Source of the DNA: Planctomycetota bacterium
Lineage (GTDB): Bacteria; Planctomycetota; Planctomycetia; Pirellulales; UBA1268
NCBI GenBank assembly: GCA_046075145.1
Contig: JBJTPO010000204.1
Location: 1 to 30,109 of the forward strand
Direction: 5' to 3'
Length of the DNA: 30,109 nucleotides
The notes under the pieces were generated by a model, which saw only the letters and a program-made list of their open reading frames with translations, was not told where the DNA came from and did not search any database. The translations under genes were made by a program, and so were the position numbers. This document shows, in pieces, positions 25,495 through 30,109 of this stretch (the first letter of the stretch is position 1; each line of letters begins with the position of its first letter).

Positions 25495-26631
25495 TCACCA
25501 GCCGGAGGCGGCCGCCATGATCAGGGCCAGCGCCGTCACGAAGCAGACGAGCGTCGTCCGGAATCCCGCCCGGTCGAACCGCCGGGAAAGCTCCGGCCGG
25601 CCCAGCGTCTCGTAGGCATACAGCGAGAGCGTCGATTGGGTGAGCGACAAGAGGATCGTGACGATGCCCAGCAGGTTCACGATGTCGGCCAGGGAAAACT
25701 CGTTTGTCTCCGGTACGAGGCTGCCGACGAAGTAGGCGTTGGCCACCACCGCGAACAGGCCACCCACGCCCAGCCCGAAGCGGGGATCGACGTGAATCGG
25801 CTTGATGAAGCAGGTGAGCAGGGCCACGGCGACCGAGATGAACAGCGCTTGGAACATCTTGGCGAACAGCCCGAGCCCACCCCGGTCGATCAGGATGGCG
25901 AACCGGGGCTGGGAATAGGTGCGACGGGGGTCGTCGTCGATGTCGGCGCGGCCGCGTCTCGTCTGGTAGGTATGCGGGCTCTCCGCCGCATGGAACCGCC
26001 CGACCCGGTAGTTCGACAGGGTGGCGCGGTGGCTGACGGCGGTGTCGACCAGGTCGGGCACGAACAGGAGCTCCCGGCGGGTATGGGCAGAGTTCTCGAA
26101 CGACGCCAGGAGCAGGTGCTCGTCGACGGGAAACGTGCGGATCCGAAAGGGCTTGGTGTAGGTGACGGATAGCCGCCGGAGCTCGTAGTGCTCGCCCTCT
26201 TCGTCGACGTGTGCCAGGAGCCGCGCGTCGGTGATCGTGCCATCGACGGCGATCAGCCGATCGAAGGGATTGAAGGCGTCGTCCTCCCGCTCGTCCCGCC
26301 ACCGGCACCAGACATCGATCACGGCCGACCACTCGCCGTCGTGGAGCGAGACCCCGCCGAGGCTCTCCAGGTAGAAGCCGATGGTCACGCGCCGGGCGTC
26401 GTCGGTGGGCAACGGATCGATCGGCTCCGATCCGGGCCTGGGCCGGGCGGGGTCGAGGGTGGTCTCGAGCACGAGCCGATCGAGGGTGCGTCCCTGCCAC
26501 TGCGTCCTGGCCAGCCAGTGTGCCGGCACGAGAAACACGACCGCGAGCAGGATCAGCCAGCCCTTCATCCACGGCAAGAGCCGCGGGTCCGGATGGCCGG
26601 CGGAGAGGGCAGGCTCGGGACGGCTCGTCAT
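25495..26631 (-). CDS. Prokaryotic pentameric ligand-gated ion channel (GLIC/ELIC-like) homolog
   Basis: Extracellular beta domain ([21 protein letters not shown]), Pro-loop [13 protein letters not shown], pre-M1 Arg (LIDR), four TM helices; M2 [19 protein letters not shown] aligns with ELIC-type ERLQTSFTLMLTVVAYAFY; extra N-terminal hydrophobic segment. Confidence 0.82.
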   Translation of the reverse strand: MTSRPEPALSAGHPDPRLLPWMKGWLILLAVVFLVPAHWLARTQWQGRTLDRLVLETTLDPARPRPGSEPIDPLPTDDARRVTIGFYLESLGGVSLHDGEWSAVIDVWCRWRDEREDDAFNPFDRLIAVDGTITDARLLAHVDEEGEHYELRRLSVTYTKPFRIRTFPVDEHLLLASFENSAHTRRELLFVPDLVDTAVSHRATLSNYRVGRFHAAESPHTYQTRRGRADIDDDPRRTYSQPRFAILIDRGGLGLFAKMFQALFISVAVALLTCFIKPIHVDPRFGLGVGGLFAVVANAYFVGSLVPETNEFSLADIVNLLGIVTILLSLTQSTLSLYAYETLGRPELSRRFDRAGFRTTLVCFVTALALIMAAASGW

Positions 26632-26712
26632 GGTCGTGGCTCGCGGGGATCGAGAGATCGGAACCTGGGAGCCGTGAAGATAGGTCGCCCCGTGCCGTCC
26701 GGCCACCGCCGG

Positions 26713-26742
26713 TTGACCCACCCCGGACCGCGGCCGTACCTT
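26713..26742 (+). promoter_or_regulatory. Possible sigma70 promoter TTGACC-N18-TACCTT
   Basis: Upstream of GGAGG (26771) and ATG 26784; flanked by a 7-bp inverted repeat cggttga/tcaaccg. Confidence 0.45.
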
Positions 26743-26783
26743 CAACCGATTCCCTTCCTCGCTGTTTCCCGGAGGCGCCTGCG

Positions 26784-28052
26784 ATGCGGTTCCAGCCCCT
26801 GTTCCCGATCCTGCTGGCGGCCCTGGTGTGCCCGGCGTTCGCAGCCGACTGGCCCACCTTCCGCGGTGCCGACCGGACCGCCGTGGCCCCCGACACCGAC
26901 CTCCTCGAAGCCTGGCCGGCCGACGGCCCACCGCTCGTCTGGGAGACGACCGGCGCCGGCCGCGGCTACTCGAGCCCCGCGATCGCCGGCGACCGGATCT
27001 TCACGCTCGGCGACGGCCTCTCCACCGCCGACGACGCCGACGAGTATCTCTCCTGCTTCGACCGGGCCACCGGGAAGCAGCTCTGGAAGGCCAAGACCGG
27101 CGGCCCGTGGACGAGCGGCCAGGAATCGTGGCAGAGCTCCCGCAGCACACCCACGGTGGACGGGGCGATGGTCTACGTGCTGACACCGTTCGGCCAGCTG
27201 GTGGGCTGCCTCGTCCAGGACGGCCGCGAGGTGTTCCGGGTGGATCTCAAGCAGCAGTTCGGCGGCACCAAGGGGGATTCCTGGGGCTACAGCGAGAGCG
27301 TCACGATCGACGGCAACAAACTCGTCTGCATCCCCGGCGGGCCGCAGGCGACCGTCGTCGCGCTCGACAAGAAGTCCGGCCGCCTGATCTGGGCCTGCCC
27401 CGTTCCCAACGATCCCGGCGCCGGCCACGCCTCGATCGTGATCGCCGAGCTGGGCCGCCGGCGGGTCTACGTCACCACCACCGCCGGCGGCGCGATCGGC
27501 GTCGACGCCAAGACCGGCCAGCTGCTCTGGACCTACCCGATCGACCAGACCACGGCCGTGATCCCGACGCCGATCGTGAAGGGCGACCTGGTCTTCTTCT
27601 CGGCCGGCTACAAGCGGGGCGGCGCCCTGCTCCGGCAGGTGCCCGGCCCCGGGGGGGCGGTCACGGTGGAGCCGGTCTATCCGCTCAACACCGATCTGGC
27701 CAACAAGCACGGCGGGATCGTGCTGGTGGGCGACCACCTCTACGGCGACTCCGACGACAGGGGGATCCCCTTCTGCGCCGAGCTGGAAACGGGGAAGATC
27801 GTGTGGAAGGAGCGGGGCAGCGGCCGCAACTCGGCCTGCGTCGCCGCCGGCGACGGGCACGTATACGTCAAGTTCTCCGACGGCACCGTGGCGCTCGTGA
27901 AGGCCGATCCCGCCGGCTACGAGGAAGTGAGCACGTTCAAGGTTCCCGGCAGCGGCGACCGGCCGAGCTGGGCGCATCCGGTGATCCTCGACGGCCGCCT
28001 CTACCTTCGCGAGGGCGACGCGATTTTCTGCCACGACATCCGGGCGAAGTGA
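26784..28052 (+). CDS. Secreted PQQ-binding-like beta-propeller repeat protein (planctomycete-expanded family)
   Basis: Signal peptide, DWPTFRG, repeated CFDRATGKQLWK-type blades, WAHPVILDGRLYLR..IFCHDI C-terminus. Confidence 0.9.
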   Translation: MRFQPLFPILLAALVCPAFAADWPTFRGADRTAVAPDTDLLEAWPADGPPLVWETTGAGRGYSSPAIAGDRIFTLGDGLSTADDADEYLSCFDRATGKQLWKAKTGGPWTSGQESWQSSRSTPTVDGAMVYVLTPFGQLVGCLVQDGREVFRVDLKQQFGGTKGDSWGYSESVTIDGNKLVCIPGGPQATVVALDKKSGRLIWACPVPNDPGAGHASIVIAELGRRRVYVTTTAGGAIGVDAKTGQLLWTYPIDQTTAVIPTPIVKGDLVFFSAGYKRGGALLRQVPGPGGAVTVEPVYPLNTDLANKHGGIVLVGDHLYGDSDDRGIPFCAELETGKIVWKERGSGRNSACVAAGDGHVYVKFSDGTVALVKADPAGYEEVSTFKVPGSGDRPSWAHPVILDGRLYLREGDAIFCHDIRAK

Positions 28053-28113
28053 CCACCCCCATCCGCGCCGACAGGTTCGGCCAACACGCCCGGCTGCCCC
28101 ACGACGCTCGAAC

Positions 28114-28254
28114 CGACGGGGGTGGCCCAGGCCAATCGAAACGGGGTTGCCGGCCGAGCGCAGCCAGGATGGCGAAGCGAGGACGGCATCGAGCGAGTGA
28201 AGGGCAGGATGCCCGGAGCGAGCGTCCGGTGAGATGGCATGGGCCACCCCGTCG
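28114..28254 (+). ncRNA. Candidate structured intergenic RNA or repeat element with a 15/16-bp terminal inverted repeat and CAGGATG hairpins
   Basis: cgacgggggtggccca (28114-28129) pairs with tgggccaccccgtcg (28240-28254). Internal hairpins: gcc-aggat-ggc (28163-28173), gggc-aggat-gccc (28202-28214), ccgga-N7-tccgg. Transcription is not demonstrated. Confidence 0.4.
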
Positions 28255-28293
28255 CACGCAGCGGGGCGCATCACTTCATCACCAAGCGGGCCG

Positions 28294-29010
28294 TCACTCG
28301 CCGGCGCACTCGGCGACGCCCCGGTAGGCCAATCCGCCGACGATCCCGCCCAGGATCGGCGCCACCCAAAAGAGCCACAGCTGCTCGAGCGCCCAGCCGC
28401 CCACGAACACCGCCGTGGCCGTGCTGCGGGCCGGGTTCACCGAGGTGTTGGTGACGGGGATGCTGACGAGGTGGATGAGCGTGAGGCACAGGCCGATCGC
28501 GATCGGGGCGATCACGCCCGGCGCCCGCTTGTCGGTAGCCCCGTGGATCACGAACAGGAACACGGCGGTCAGCACTGACTCGATGATGAAGCAACTCGCC
28601 AGCGGGTAGCCCCCCTTGCCCAGCGCCGTGACGGGCGAGTGCTCGCCGTAGCCGTTGCTGGCGAAACCGCTCGCCACGGCGTCGAAGCCCGGCAGCCCCT
28701 TGGCCACCAGATACAGCACGCCCGCCCCGGCGATGCCGCCCGCCACCTGAGCGACCCAGTAGGGCACCACGTCCCTGGCCGGAAACCGGCCGCTGGCGGC
28801 GAGGCCGGCCGTGACGGCCGGATTCAGGTGGCAGCCGGAGATGTGGCCGATCGCCGCCGCCATGGTGAGCACGGTCAGACCGAAGGCGAGCGAGACGCCG
28901 ACGAAGCCGATCCCGAGCTCGGGATAGCCCGCGGCCAAGACGGCGCTGCCACAGCCCCCGAGCACGAGCCAAAAGGTCCCGATCGCTTCCGCTGCCAGCT
29001 TGCCCATCAT
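28294..29010 (-). CDS. aqpZ: Aquaporin Z
   Basis: [39 protein letters not shown] (two NPA motifs), [11 protein letters not shown]. Confidence 0.95.
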   Translation of the reverse strand: MMGKLAAEAIGTFWLVLGGCGSAVLAAGYPELGIGFVGVSLAFGLTVLTMAAAIGHISGCHLNPAVTAGLAASGRFPARDVVPYWVAQVAGGIAGAGVLYLVAKGLPGFDAVASGFASNGYGEHSPVTALGKGGYPLASCFIIESVLTAVFLFVIHGATDKRAPGVIAPIAIGLCLTLIHLVSIPVTNTSVNPARSTATAVFVGGWALEQLWLFWVAPILGGIVGGLAYRGVAECAGE

Positions 29011-29098
29011 GGGATTGCATCCTTCCTGCGAGAGTGTGGTGGTCTGCCGCCTGCTTGGCGGGCCGGGCCCGGTCCGGCCGGCTCGCTCCGAGGCCGGT

Positions 29099-29128
29099 AC
29101 CGTAGGGAGACCCGACCGCGAGCGTCAA
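29099..29128 (-). promoter_or_regulatory. Possible sigma70 promoter TTGACG-N18-TACGGT for aqpZ
   Basis: Consensus-like elements just downstream of the dgkA-like stop and ~90 nt before the aqpZ ATG. Confidence 0.4.
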
Positions 29129-29143
29129 CCACGATTCCGGACA

Positions 29144-29518
29144 CTATCCCATGGCCAGCTGCCAGAGCCGGGGCCCGAGGATGATGCCGCCGATCACCAC
29201 CGCCGTGATCACGGCGACGAACACGCCGCCGCTGGCATGATCGAGGGCGTCACGGATCCCGTCGTCGGGATAGCGGCCCACGGCCCGGGCCAGCGCCTCG
29301 ATCGAGGTGTTGAAGACCTCGGCCATGATCACCAGCCCGATGGCGAGCGCCACCAGGCACCACTCGACCGCCGAGATCCCCAGCCAGGCGGCCAGGGCCA
29401 CCGCGGCGAGCGCCGCCGGGATGTGGGCGGCGAAACTCGACTGGGTGGTGACCGAGAGGAAGAGCCCGCGGAATGCGTCGGCGAACTTCCCCAACCAGGT
29501 GCGCGGCGGCGGTGTCAC
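29144..29518 (-). CDS. dgkA: Prokaryotic diacylglycerol/undecaprenol kinase (DgkA family), divergent
   Basis: FADAFRGL, EVFNTSIE, ALDHASGGV; three TM helices; 124 aa. Confidence 0.8.
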   Translation of the reverse strand: MTPPPRTWLGKFADAFRGLFLSVTTQSSFAAHIPAALAAVALAAWLGISAVEWCLVALAIGLVIMAEVFNTSIEALARAVGRYPDDGIRDALDHASGGVFVAVITAVVIGGIILGPRLWQLAMG

Positions 29519-29536
29519 GAAACGGCCTGCCCGGCG

Positions 29537-30067
29537 TCAGCCGACCTTCACGTAGGGGTCGCCCTTCTTCCAGTTGCACGGGCAGAGCTCGTCACTCTGG
29601 AGGGCGTCGAGGACGCGGATGACCTCGGCCACGTTGCGGCCGACGCGGCCCTGGTTGACGTCCACCCACTGGATCACGCCGTGGGGATCGACGATGAAGG
29701 TGGCTCGCAGGCAGTAGCCCTCGGTCTTCTCCAGGATGCCGAGTTCAGCGGAGAGCTTCTGGGCCGCGATCAGCGGGTAGCCGAGCTTCTCCAGGTCGGG
29801 ATGGCTCCGCCGCCAGGCGAGGTGGGAATACTCGTTGTCGGTGCTGCCTCCCACGACGCTCGTGTCACGGTCGGCGAAGGCTCCCAGCTGCTTGTTGAAC
29901 TCGGCCAGCTCCGTCGGGCAGACGAAAGTGAAGTCCTTGGGATAGAAAAAGTAGACGACCCACGTGCCGGCGTAATCGGCGTTCGAGAGCAGCTTCACGT
30001 CGTCCTTGCCGGTGCCGACGCACGCCTGGCAGGAGAACTGGGGAAACGAGTCGCCGACGGTGAGCAT
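29537..30067 (-). CDS. ahpC: 2-Cys peroxiredoxin (AhpC/Prx1 family)
   Basis: FFYPKDFTFVCPTE, RATFIVDP, LDALQSDELCPCNW; GGAGG Shine-Dalgarno before ATG 30067. Confidence 0.9.
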   Translation of the reverse strand: MLTVGDSFPQFSCQACVGTGKDDVKLLSNADYAGTWVVYFFYPKDFTFVCPTELAEFNKQLGAFADRDTSVVGGSTDNEYSHLAWRRSHPDLEKLGYPLIAAQKLSAELGILEKTEGYCLRATFIVDPHGVIQWVDVNQGRVGRNVAEVIRVLDALQSDELCPCNWKKGDPYVKVG

Positions 30068-30109
30068 GCGGATTCCTCCGAGAAACGGTTGTCGCAACGG
30101 TGATCTGTT

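Noticed and set aside
26784-28052. Calling the propeller BamB or a PQQ dehydrogenase
   Set aside because: No lipoprotein Cys or catalytic features; it matches the large paralogous planctomycete propeller family of unknown function.
28114-28254. Element as SRP RNA, 6S RNA or tRNA
   Set aside because: No SRP helix-8 CAGG/GNRA/AGCAG arrangement, no long 6S-type rod with a central bubble, and no cloverleaf recognisable on either strand.
25495-29010. pLGIC + aqpZ as a joint osmoregulatory module
   Set aside because: They are separated by an oppositely oriented gene and have separate promoter candidates; there is no sequence evidence of linkage.

Overview
GC-rich (~70%) bacterial window, probably from a planctomycete (inferred from the DWPxFRG-type PQQ-like beta-propeller and overall composition). 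Bases 1-24.9 kb form an ABC-transporter (Wzm/Wzt)-type surface-glycan locus. Its core is two paralogous giant enzymes in inverted orientation that share a WbsX/GH99-like + GT2 + GT4 core. Copy A (>=1976 aa, 5'-truncated by the window) adds an N-terminal sulfotransferase plus a ~210-aa coiled coil and a C-terminal Zn-ribbon methyltransferase. Copy B (~1447 aa) starts instead with 38-aa repeats and lies divergent to a free-standing sulfotransferase-coiled-coil gene. Also present: three more SAM methyltransferases, a GT-C-like membrane protein, a truncated PhyH-like ORF, wzm/wzt (Wzt without a carbohydrate-binding module), two GT2s, an atypical SDR and an O-antigen-ligase/TPR protein. The sulfotransferase + coiled coil + polymerase layout parallels the WbdD/WbbB terminator-ruler systems and suggests, as an inference only, glycan chain termination by sulfation. 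Bases 24.9-30.1 kb hold hisI, a prokaryotic pentameric ligand-gated ion channel homolog, a PQQ-like propeller protein, a structured intergenic element with CsrA-type CAGGATG hairpins, aqpZ, a divergent DgkA-family protein and a peroxiredoxin. No tRNA, rRNA, CRISPR array or transposase was seen.
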